Source of the DNA: Gonapodya sp. JEL0774
Lineage: Eukaryota
DNA length: 63,921 nt
Assembly (NCBI GenBank): GCA_027604505.1
Contig: JADIIX010000072.1
Coordinates: 1 to 63,921 of the forward strand
Direction of reading: 5' to 3'
A program made the position numbers and the translations under genes. This document shows, piece after piece, positions 40,162-51,932 of the stretch. Under the pieces are notes generated by a model. It worked only from the letters and a program-made list of their open reading frames with translations. It made no database searches and was not told the DNA's origin. Positions within the stretch are counted from its first letter, which is position 1. Each line of letters starts with the position of its first letter.

Positions 40162-43100
40162 TTAAGTATCATCCAAAGAGTGGCCAGTGCTAGAGCGTGT
40201 GCTTCCGTTTCTCCGTATACCAAGATTTGAGAACAAGCCCCCGTTAGACAGTCGTGTTTCCGAGCCAGACGGACTGGGAGGCTGGCTTCCTGGTTTGAAC
40301 ACGAGTCCCAGTCGCAAAACAATACCTGAGTCCAATTCCAACGTTCCGTCCCATGCCCATGCACCCTCCTTGGTCCATTTTCCTGGATCCTCCCGCAAAT
40401 GTTTGCGGAGATCAAATTTCACGACGCCAATTACATCTGAGTCCAACAGACGGTGGGACTTGACTTCCACATCGAGAACACATGGTTCACGACTGCGTAA
40501 TCTGAATGCTGCTCCTTCATTCCAGATTGGAGACAAATTTTTCTTGATAACCTTGGAACGAAGAACCGGCTCTTTATGTCCATCCCTTGCAATCTTTACG
40601 TAAGTGTCGGGGACTGTGGATCCGTTAGATTCGTATCACAACGTTCGCGTTTGGAGAGAAATAATAACTCACGAGTTTCGCCCCTCTTATGAATCCCTGT
40701 GGCGCCCTCAACGTGCACGGTGCATGTACCCGAGCTCAAATCTCTAGGAAGATCGGTATTGATACTCAAAAGTGAGGATGACCGTGATCTGCTTAGCTCA
40801 GGCATGGAGCCTGATGGGGCCATAGATGGGGCGGTACCCGTGGTCTCAGATAAGTAGTCCACCCTCACCGACTCTACGGCAGCCAGGGGTGTTGGAGGAG
40901 TCACTGTGACGGGGACAGCAGCAATGCCCAAAGTCTGGGTGGGCACACGCTCAGCCAGCAGCTGAATCGGTTTGTCATTTGGAGTGTTCGCAGCATTGTC
41001 GGTGGGACCTTCCGTCCTCCTTGGTGGAGAAACGGACGGCAAGAAAGGTGCAGTAGAATTTCTCCCTTCACTCTCAGATGTCCTTGCCCACTGGAAAGCG
41101 TCTGCAATTTTGCCCGCCCTAGGAAACCTCTTCTTCCAATCAGATCCCTCGTTTTCTGTGAAACTGACTGCGAAATTCAGCTTTCCCTTGGCCGGTATAC
41201 CGTTCTCAGCTTTTTCTAGTGGCAGCGATCTTTCAACGGTGGCACCCGAAAGCAAGGTCTTGATGTCAACGAGCACTCGACCCAGCCTTTTATCCTTGAG
41301 CCGATTCCAATCCCACACCTCAATTTCAACTTTCGACGACAGCTTTGAGGGGATATCAAATGATATAGATTCGGCAAAGATAGGGTTCAGTGAGTCCTTC
41401 ACTATCTTTGTTGTGTGCACTATGTTGATAAGAAATTGAATGACTGTGTGAAACAGGTTCCATCCGGTTGCGATTTGATTTGTACCCACGTTTTCTGCCA
41501 TCCACAATGACTCTACAGTATGGGTCGCTGAGCCCATCACTGTCGGCTGCAAAGAGACCTTCCGCCGACTGAATATCCAAACGCAAACTCCCCTTGCCTG
41601 AAAGAGCATTGTACTGATTACAGAGAGAAGAGCACAACTAGAAGACATTCCCCGCAACCCACCTGAAGTTACTTCCGCGAACTTGAGAGAGAATTACATG
41701 AAACACATCATTCAAGAACTGAGTTCAAGTTGCCCGGCGACAAGAAAATCGGTTCACACTCACTTTTATATCCACAGGAGAGACAGTTACAACGACTTTC
41801 ACTTCTCCCTGCGGAACCGCAGCTCCCGGCGCGCCAGTAAATCCAATCCACTCGCTTTTTCCAAACTTGTCCGCAATGGTTTCAAGTGGTGCGTCAATTT
41901 GACCTAGAATGCGCTCGGATGGCAATTTCGATCTGTCACCCTCGAACTTTCGACACACTTGCAAGAAAAATCTCGCTGAGCTCAAATCTCGAACAAAAGT
42001 CTCGAACACTGAGAACCTATCGATAAGCTCCAGGGATACTGGGTAGAATGAGAAGTAAGGATGAAGACTCACCATCTTCGAAGACGGGGTCTCGATCGGA
42101 CTTGGCTTTCGTTTCAAAAGCGACTTCATCGCCTTGTCCGTCAAAACTCAACAGTGCGCAGTAGACATTCGGGGGGTTGTTTATCAGCTTTCGCACTTGC
42201 TGGATCCTCACGCGTATAATTCCAGAGCCTAGGGTGATCACAAGAGGAGGGTTGGCCGAAGACCATGACAAGTGCAATCTCTTCCCATCAAACCTTGGAG
42301 AGACGACCCTTGCAAGGAGGGCAATCCATCTCCTAATGAGACTTCACCCTCCGATATTGCCGTCGACGAGCGAGCTCCGATTCCCTCAGTCGAAGAGTAC
42401 AGTGAAAAGGTCCCTCTCACCACCGGATGGTAAGAGACTTCAAAGTTCAACTCGCCCGGCACAGTACCGCCGGTATTATTCTTCCTTTGGAAGAGAGGTG
42501 TAGACCTTTTGGACGGAGGGAAATGGCGTGACAACACTCCGGACGGAAGTTTCCAGACCGACTTACACCATTAGTGTCTGTCCAAGCTCCGATTCACTCC
42601 TCACAAATTTGACGCCGTCCTTCTGCAATACTGGAGGGGGGCCAAGCATTGCCATCGAAGAAGAGAGCAAATTTTCCACAGTGCTTGTTGGGCTGCCACG
42701 GGAGCTTGGCGAAGGTGATCTGTCACGAAGCGTTGATCCCTTTGACAAAGACTTCATATCCGGGAACAATGTTATCAAAGGGAATTCGACACGTCCCATC
42801 GATTTGTCCTTCCGCATTTCATTGTAATCGAAAACTTGGAGCTCCAGGCGGTCGTTGGCAGAATAAACAATGATATAAAAGGTCTGGTCCCAAATCGGAT
42901 TCACTACGCGACATGAAGAAAACTTATGTCAACATCGATCCACACAGTGTGTCTACAAAAATAACTCTCACGATCGTTTTCAATCGTTTTGGTACGGTGC
43001 AACAGATTTCCGGACAATGATATCGCAACATAAGGATCTTATGCAGTTGAAAGCAAAATCAGACAAGAAATCTAAGAGCAACTCGTTTTGGGAATATTTA

Positions 43101-46100
43101 GAAAAAGAATGACTCACCCGACACCCCAACAGCCTCTGCATTCTTTAGTTTGCTTGCGTTCTTCAGGGTAAGTCGGGCAATTCCTAGAGGTCTTCGGCTT
43201 TTGGAAATTCCACCACCTTCCTCAGCCATTTCCTGGTTCTCTCCGAGAGTTACCGGGAAGAACGAAAAATTGAGCCTCATCTTCGCTGCTGAGCTCTGTG
43301 CGGATCGACTGCCACTAACGCCGGAGACATTGTACCAATCATCCGACACCTTCCGGCGCAGTGCTTCTGGAAGAGTGACGATCGCCTCGCCTAAAACCAC
43401 ATCAGTAACGAGATCTCGTGAATCCCATATTTGGAAATGCAATGAAGATGTAGAAACATCCTGAACAAACACTTCAAATATTTCCTGGCGATTTTGTGAA
43501 TTAATCTCCGCGCAACAAAGAGCAGGCGAGAAAAGAAACAACCCGGTAACTTACCGTAAAAATTGGGTTGTTGGTCCTCTTCTTTGTTTTGGAAGTGTGC
43601 AAAATTTCGTCTTTCCCTGAAAGTTTGACCTTGACGTACGGATTCAAGACGTGCGACAAGGATCTCGATCCATCGAGATCTTTCACTTGTTGCAGTTGTA
43701 CGCGCAAAACTCCGGATGCTAAGGTTGACAGTCGAAGGTGGCGCAAGCTTGAGAAAAGCTGTACATTTCCTCTTCAGGTATCGCTCCACGACAGAGTATC
43801 ACTCACGTGACTGGGCCATGTTGTTGATGTTGTCTGCAAGTGGATCTCCAGAAGCTGAGAGCTTCTTCAACGGCAGATATTGGACTTCGAGGCGGACCTC
43901 GCTGGAGGTGGCGCGCATGCTTCCGTTTTCGAACAGTTTTGCCCAGACCTGTGAAAATTCCTCTGTAGCCTTTGCAGCCGAAACGACACACGTGGCAGAA
44001 TACTTACGTCGTCACCACCCCATGGACCACCCCTAAAACGACAGCACTCTGGTCGACCACAACGCGTCACTGACAAAATCCAATTGGTGCACTCACCAAT
44101 CCTCCATCATAATCGTCCTCTCAGACTCCGTCAGCTCACCACCTCTCATCACCACATCGGGAATCTGTACTGAGAGGTCTTTTACCTCGGGTGGTTGGCG
44201 CTTTTCATCGGACGACAGTGCAGGCGATATCGGGTCTTCATCGATTCCCCCGTCTTTGTCCTTGAGAGACAAATCTGGAATTGCTGGTACGGGTTTGATC
44301 TTTTCCAGTTCGTGTTCAACAAACAACTTGAGCCATCGAGACAACTTGAGCGTGCGCGTGACTCCAACTGTGAGACCAATCAAATTCGAAACGATCAAAA
44401 TGTCGACGGTACCTTAGCGCAACCAGTCACAGAAGCAAAGAAAAGATTATGATACCCACGGCTCGCGTGCTTGGTCGTATTATTGTAATCCATAATTTCA
44501 ACCTTCAACAGGTCCGCCCCAGTCGCCACGTCCTTGAAAGCAGAAGCGGGAATAAGCACGTATACGGTCTCATTCCACGCGGGGTTGAGATTGTTTTCCA
44601 CAACTCTCGTTTTGGCGCCAGGAATCGGGTGAGAATCGGACTTTGCAAAGAACCCATTTATTCCAGTAAAGAGAGTCGAACAGCAATGAGCGCGCTCACT
44701 CCGAGCAGAATCCGGGCGTAAGGATCTGACTTGCCACCTAGCAAATCGACGTTCTTGAGATTGCGGGCCTCGAAAATGCTGAAGGCTAACACTCCGACGG
44801 TTTCATCTTTGACCACAAGTTCTCATGTCAGTGGGCCCCATCACACCGGTTGCATCACTGAAGAACCGCTTACCGAATCCGTACACTCCCGACGCAGTCA
44901 TCATACCCGCCAAATCAAGGGTGTAACCCTCCCCACCTAAGAAGCCTTGCAAACCTCCCACGACCATGGTATTGATCCATTCAGCAAGTCCCGGAATGTT
45001 GAAAACTTCGACGTTGAGTGCAGACAAGCTAAAATTGAGATATGGGGCAGGTGCGTACGGCGGCATCAAGATTGTTACAGTGCCGATGTGGGGAAACGAT
45101 GGAATGAGTTTCATCCGGACGATAAGCTAGATGGAAAATAATAATCAATTGAATGTGTTGCTTTGACAGTAAAACCAACGACCATCACCAGCACTGGTAC
45201 GGGTAAGCCTCCAACACACCTGGAGATCCAGTTCAACATCTTTGACCTCCACTGCGACCGGCACCGTCACCATACCTTTACCTACTCGCGCTGTGAGCAC
45301 CACTTGCGAATTTTTTGGGTCGTAACCTAGTCCATCGCCTTCAAGTTGGGCCCTAGGGGTTGTTTTCAATCCCGCGGCTGTTCCCGCCGCCCTTAGTGTT
45401 GAATCCACACTAGAAAGTGAGCCGCTGGTGGCGTAGATGGGTGGACCTGGAGGGTTGGTCCCGTAGAGCTTGTTAGCATCGTGGGCGGTGTATGAGGCGC
45501 CCGAGACACGGAGGATGTTGCGGCGAGAGCGGTCGTTGCGTGCGATTTTGATGTCGTCGTTTGATAGAGGAGTGAAAGTGATGTGGAGCAGCCATTGCTG
45601 ACGGGAACAGAAAGTTCGTGTGAGCAGCGAGAGCCTGAGGCTCTTCCAGGCGAAGGGATCCTGGCGCTCGACTATACTCCATCACTCACCACTACGTCCT
45701 GCTCCTCGTGGGGAAAGCTCTTCACACACTCGATTCGCGGGCCTTGGGATCCCAAGGTAAAGGTGGTGAGTTTGAGACTCTGGAGGAAGTTGGGAGTCGC
45801 TGAGTCAAGTACTGCGTCAATGACATTGGTGAGGGTTTCCGAAAGGGAAGGTTCGTAAATAAGCCAAAAGCGAGCCAGAAGCAGGTTGAACCATTCGGCA
45901 GCTTGCGCGCACAAAAGAGTGTAGAACCGGGTGGTGGGAACGTGAAGACCATGCCGCACACTGTGAGATTCCACGAACGACACTCCCCCTTCAGAGAAGG
46001 TCCAAAGTCATACCTTCAAGATCTGAAAATTTCATTGAAAGCTGGAGTGAAGTCCAATTCATTCGTCGGACCGGGGTCGTGAGCGTCACAACATCAGGTC

Positions 46101-46509
46101 CCCATTCAGCCGGCTTCGGGTGGCGACAGGTTCCACCCACCTTTTCCGCCGCCAGTTCCCTCTTTATCTGAGCCCTCATCCTCCTATACTGCGCCTCTCT
46201 ATTTCTCTTCCAAATCCCGGCCGCTGCCGCCGCGAGACCGAGCACCCACACCCAGCCCATTCTCCACGAGCCGAGAAAGTAAGCAATCAGCAATCCCACG
46301 ACGACCACACCGGCCCGCTCGTATTCCTCCCTGAACCCAACGAACTGTTCCAGTCCAAACGGAAGCGATGGCTCCATGGGTATGTCCCGTGTCTCGTACG
46401 AGAGCGAGGGAACTGCTGAGGTGTCCGATGAGAGCGAAGGGGCCCGGGGTTTCGTCCCGGGGATCGTCGGCACCGGAGCGGAGGACACGGCTTTTGCAGG
46501 CGTGTCCAT
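40162..46509 (-). CDS. tricalbin / extended synaptotagmin (TM hairpin, SMP domain, multiple C2 domains), many exons
   Basis: AEWFNLLLARFWLIYEPSLS, FTLGSQGPRI and IPGLAEWI (SMP). Repeated C2 motifs SDPY, NPAWNE, NPIWDQ, VFDYN, VWDWN. Confidence 0.92.
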
Positions 46510-47863
46510 GATGGGCGATGTCGTGGTAGCGGAGTTGTGAACGTGTGGCTGGTGGCTTTTTCAGTTGGGTGCCAAGCGTCGTGGTTGAGGGTAACGACCC
46601 TTTGCGTCACTTGGTCGTCAGACGGACGCTGGGTGTCCAAGGTCGCTTGGGCGTATGAAAACAGAGGTTGCAAAAATCTTTCCGGAAATCGACGCGTTTC
46701 CCGTTGTCTTTCTCGTGTGTTTTCTGAATCGTGGAATAGGTTTCTCCGCAAGGGAGGCGTTGTCGGCATGACGGGAGAGAGCCTCACGATCCTTCGACCC
46801 CTATAACATGCACAGCCCAAAAGATGACACTGCTTTGTATACTCATAAATGTATTGGTACTCCAATCAATCGTTGACGCAGTTTGCAGAGTAAATGATTT
46901 CACAGGTCCGAATCACAGCTTTGACGGGAACTTCATGCGCGCTGGGAGCAAATTCATTGGAAAACGCGCCGCCTGCTGCACAATACGCCATCATTTGTCC
47001 TACTCTCATCGGACCCACGACGAGAAGCCATTCAGCCAATTCATTCTTTTCGAGCGGGCCATGAAGTTCGGTCACTGCCAAGCAACGAACGGGGGCCAAT
47101 CCGACATCGGCACCTGATTCCCAGCAAAAATGGGTAAATCCAAACACGTGTAAGGAGAACCAAACTTCACAGTCGAATTATCGATATACTAGACCATGTA
47201 CTGAGGGTGTCCCGTACCATCTCTAAGCATTTTCTGGCCTCCGATCGAAAACCCGTAATATGAGCCGACCTGGACCACACATCACATTCCGGCGCATGCA
47301 CGCGGCTGGTGCTCCCCATTCCCATTCCAGCGTGGCCTTGGCCTTTTTGGAAAAAAAAAAAACCTTCCGTTCATACGACAGTTTGTTTCTCTCTTTTCTC
47401 CTCCTGTGTCGCCCCGTGCTGGGTGGCTTCGCAAAACGGTGGGTGCAGTGAAATGAGTGTCGAAGCACGAGGAGGGCTCGTGGATGAGTACGCGATTATG
47501 AAACCAACAAGCATTGCATTCAGTTCAAGCAGAAGAAATGCGGCAACTCCCATTGGCCTAGACGGCGCTCTTCCACACGTCTTCCGGTTTGGCGTGGTGA
47601 CAGGCCCGTCACCGGCCGTCGCGAGTACTGACCCGTTCCCCATCACCCGACAAAAAGTCACACAAACAGAAAAGACAACGAAAACAGCCATCATGTATCA
47701 CCAAACATCCATATTCATCATACGCCAGTCACAACCATCTCGGTCCTTCGTCCCTTAAAGTAGTTTTTTTTTGAAGTCTTTTACAAATCGTATAAGTGCA
47801 TTGTTTGTGCCCGCCACAGCTCACACGGCTCCAGCCCCACGACCCTCAAGCTCACCGGTTCTT

Positions 47864-50139
47864 TTACTCGGCGAGGAGGGGAAGGAACTTCGCGGATTTG
47901 TTCTGGTGGGCCTGTGGGGGAAAGGGGACACAAGGTTGGGACGTATGAGCTCCACAGTCCACACCACACACCCCCCATCCCCCCCACGCACCTTCTTTGC
48001 CGCCTTCTTCGCCTCCACCGCGCTCTTCCTAGCCTCCTTATCCTCTGCCCTCTTCTTCTCTGCCAGCATCTCCTTGCGCCTGGTGACGAGCGCGTACGGG
48101 TTGAGCCGGACCAGCACGCCCACGTTCTTGAGCGGGTTCTTGCGCTGCACGTGCGGGCGCTTGGTCGACGAGGCTTGCGCGGGTTTCAGCACGGATTGGA
48201 CCTCGTCAGAGTTGATCAGACGGGGGAGGTCGGGGAGGGTCATGGTGGGGAAGGGGAGGCTGGGGGTTGGGGTGTGGGGAGGAAGGGGAGAGCAAAGTGT
48301 GTCAGTCAAAGTGTGCTCGAGAGTGTGTAGTACAGTAGATCCGCCCGTCAACAGCCCTCGACCTCCCTGTCCACACCCCATACGTCGTGCCCTCCCCAAG
48401 CCCACACCTCACCGCCCCTCTCCTATACCCCCCTTGCCCCTCCCCCACACCCGTGCCAACTCACGTGTACTCCTTCTTCACCTCGGACGGCGTGCTCGTC
48501 GTGCCAAAGATCCTGTCGAGCTTCTCCACCGCGGGCTGGGTCCACACAATGAACCGGCCGACGTGGCCGCCGGGGGCGAGTTGGAGGAGGCTCAGGCTGT
48601 GGACAGAGGCCTGGGGGAGGCGGGAGGATGGTCGGTGAGTGGGGTCGTGGACACGTGACATGGGGACGACAGACAGGGCAGCCCGAACCACGCGGTCGGC
48701 AAGAGAAGACGTGTCGTGTCACGATACTCACCACCTCGACACCCGGAATGTTGCGGAAGGCCTGCACGATACCGTCGTCCTTATCGTACACCACGAGCGG
48801 GCCGCGTCTGGACTTGTGCCTCCTGTTCCTCAGTTTGCCCTTGCCTGCTCTCAACTTTTTACTCTCGACGACCCTCTTCACGTCCTGCGCGGCGTTTGCG
48901 GCCTTGAGCGCGGTCACGGCATCCTTTGTCTTCTTGAGCGACTCGACCGAGCCGTCGAGGACCAGGGGCACCTCGGCGACCTTGTCAATCTTGTGGCCGC
49001 GGGCCATGACCAGGGCGGGCAGGGCAGAGGCAGCCAGGGCAGAGGCGACGGCGAAGCGCTTTTGGTTCTGGTTGGTCTTGACGTGCCATTTGCGCCAGGT
49101 TTTGGTGGGGGCGAACATGCGGCCGCCGCGGCACATGTTGCCGTACTAGGGAGCGTGAGATGGGATTGTGTGGAGAGAGGATAAGCAAAAGAGGAAATAG
49201 CAAAGACGAAACAGGAACCGAGGGCAGCGGGCGGAAGGCATAGGATCGATCGTAACGAAGCAACCCAATCCAAATCCCCAGTCAAATGAAACCATCTTCC
49301 CCACGCCGCTCGGCTAAAGACTCCCTCTCTCTCGCCTCACTCGCACTCGCAACCGTACCCCTCAAAAAACTCAACACCCTCTTACTCATACTCACGGCAG
49401 CCTGACCGGCACGGTGTGTACCTCCTCCAGAGACACGGGGGATACGAGCGACGGCGCGACCTGGGAGTGGGGTGGTGTGGTGAACACACGTTCCATGAGC
49501 CCAAAGGGGTCAAATCGGTCCATCCATCTCGTAAAAAAACTCCTGCACAAAGGGGTCGATTGGTCCACAAGGTCCATTGTGCCCATATGGACCGCAAAGG
49601 TCAATAGGCCCATATGGACCACAAAGGTCAATCGCCTCCCGCGGATGTCCTTTGGTCCATTAGGCCCATACGGACCGCAAAGTTCAATCGCCTCCGGCGG
49701 ACTACCTCCCTTCGGTCGGGAGAGGCGCTCGCTGACGCTCGCGCACTCTGCTCAATACTCACCGGTACCCCAAGAAATGGCGGATGTCTGGTGACCCGCC
49801 TCTCTGGAGACGGCATAGGGCTGCCTCTTGTTCTTTGCCATGTTTGTGTGTACAAACTGGACAATGTCGGGTCTGATGGGAGCGCGGAAGACTGCGGGAG
49901 TGACGACTGTGCCTGCGGAAGAGGCATCAGAGGCGGAGTAGACAGAGATAGTAGGGCGGGAGGCCTGGGAGTAGGGGAGTAGGGGAGTAGGGGAGTAGGG
50001 GAGTAGGGGGTATGTAGGGGGTATGTAGGGGTATGGGGGTATTGGGGGTATGGGGGTACAGTGGGGTATGGGGTGTGGGGAGGGAGAGATGATGGTGGGA
50101 AAGGGGAGTTTAAGGGAAGGGGATGAATCCACGTACCAT
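47864..50139 (-). CDS. RPL4: 60S ribosomal protein L4 (uL4), multi-exon
   Basis: [10 protein letters not shown]...APIRPDIV...[22 protein letters not shown]...|[20 protein letters not shown]...[11 protein letters not shown]...[12 protein letters not shown]. Confidence 0.97.
49502..49743. repeat. composite direct/inverted repeat element in RPL4 intron 2
   Basis: 25-mer GCCCATAYGGACCRCAAAGKTCAAT at 49581, 49608 and 49664. CAAAGGGGTC..T.GGTCCA occurs twice. Hairpin CTCCC-TTCGGTC-GGGAG. Confidence 0.8.
49967..50055. repeat. G-rich short tandem repeats (GGGGAGTA / GGGGGTAT) in RPL4 intron 1
   Basis: Read directly: about five GGGGAGTA units followed by GGGGGTAT variants. Confidence 0.85.
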
Positions 50140-50735
50140 TTTGACTGGAATGGGAAGGGAAAGAGAACAGAGCGTGGGATGGGTGGATGGGGTGGATGGG
50201 TAGGGTGGTGTTGAAGGGGGTCGATGGGTGGGGGTGATGTCGAAGGGGGGAATGGGAATGGGAATGGGGAATGGGAATGGGTGCAGTTTTGGTCCGCGTC
50301 TTCTTCTGCTTCAAACCCACTTCCTGTTTGCCGCGTCAGGTTGCTCGGAATGCGCCTTCCCCTCGATGGATGTCTTCAAAGTTCGGTAGCCTGGTGTGGG
50401 TCAAACGATCTCAGCTGTGGTCGCTTGCTTGCCCCGTCATCACCATCACAAACCCGCAAACGCTGTCAAACGAATGGTTAAACATTATTCTTCTCAGTCA
50501 AATTAGTTCTTTTACCCCGATGAGTTTCTTCTTAACATGTTTTACAGTGGGTTCGGTGACGCGGGAGAAGAAAGCGGAAAACAACAAAAATTTTGCATCA
50601 CGCTTTGCCATGCTCATGTGACTCAGGGTCAATAGATCCTGAAGTGCTCAATAGGCACATTGTTATAATAAAGTCAACGCTCCAGTTTATGCTCATCTAA
50701 ACTCTCTTGTACTCGTGACATGATACAAATCTCAC

Positions 50736-51320
50736 ACTAATGTCTGACAGCAGACTCTTTGGCGATCTGAAGCACCTCACCGGTGAACGATGAACCCATG
50801 CGTCAGTATCTTACAGTTGGCCAATCCATTTTGTGGCTTTCATGTATCAACAGAGCACATTGCAAATGCTGGTTCTTCCGATCCGCCGCTCCGCTCCCGG
50901 TACTCTCTGACCTTCAAGGGTTCCGATTACCGGAATCACATCAAATTTGGCCAGCTCTGCCCCCCTTTTCGGCAGATCGAGCGAGGCTAAAAACCCTGTA
51001 GCCAGCGTTAGGACATGATACGCGAGACGGGACCGCCCACGTAAACCATTTTCGCTCCTTGTCGCATGAAAAAGTTTCCAGGAAGGACGGATGCGAGATG
51101 AAAACGAGGGCAAGGGAAACGCGTATCGATGATGAATACTTTGGGTAACATAAAGGAGAAAGAGACGTTGCCGCACATGGATGCTTGATGATCAGTTGCG
51201 GGACATGGATACTTACGTGATCATCAGTCCCGGCCAGATGCTTCACAATGAATAAGTAAGTCACCGTAATTTATACGCTTCACTTTTTGCCCTTTGAGCG
51301 CTAATCTACTTCGTTTGTAG
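50736..51320 (-). pseudogene. inverted, truncated pseudogene copy of the SDR upstream region and first exons (source about 28413-28961)
   Basis: Reverse complement aligns with the source. Intron-1 donor changed GT>AT, +1 G in the AAAAGGGGG run, 7-nt insertion at the micro-exon, rest of gene absent. Confidence 0.9.
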
Positions 51321-51932
51321 GGACAGACCCGGAGCCACAGCGGTGCCACTGAACCACCGGAATTCCGTTAATTCTAATAAACAAAAAAATATATATTCAT
51401 TTTTATGCACACAATTATTTGTACTTTGTCAGTCTTGCTGTGTTCGCAAGAACACGGTCTTTGAACATCACAGTGGAATGTGGAACGGATGCATGCCGTA
51501 AGATTGTCATCTCCCTCTGAGACTTCTCAGTTCTCTGGCCTTTTGTTCTCGCGGGTCTCGTTTCTGTTGGGCCATTACATAACACTGTGTCTGTTGTCTC
51601 TCTCCATGAATCAGCCAACCCTCGGATACCCTTTGAGGATTGGCCGACAACAACATTGGATGGGTAGTGTGGGAAGGTCGGCAGAGGAATTTTGGAGAAA
51701 CGTAATTGTTACTGAAACCCCCAATTGTTTTATTTCGGTGCCTTCTGGCAATTTAATTTGCTGCTTCTGCCATCTCCACAATAAATTGCGAGTGCCACCA
51801 TCAGCATTGAGAGCCCTCCCCACAACCCTGTTTTGCTAAAAGCCAAACAGCAGAGGACTGTCACCTGTGGTGACAGGTGGTGATTTCTCTGAGCCCAGTC
51901 CTCTTCACAGCACAGTAGTGGGTTTCTCGCTG

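Noticed and set aside
46550..47760. Short ORFs between tricalbin and RPL4
   Set aside because: No motif or splice support. Likely promoter and 3' UTR sequence.
47771..49184. Long + strand ORFs (295, 173, 181 aa)
   Set aside because: Antisense shadows of GC-biased RPL4 exons.
49581..49688. Three 25-bp repeats resembling a mini CRISPR array
   Set aside because: Spacers are 2 and 31 bp, there are no cas genes, and it sits inside a spliceosomal intron.
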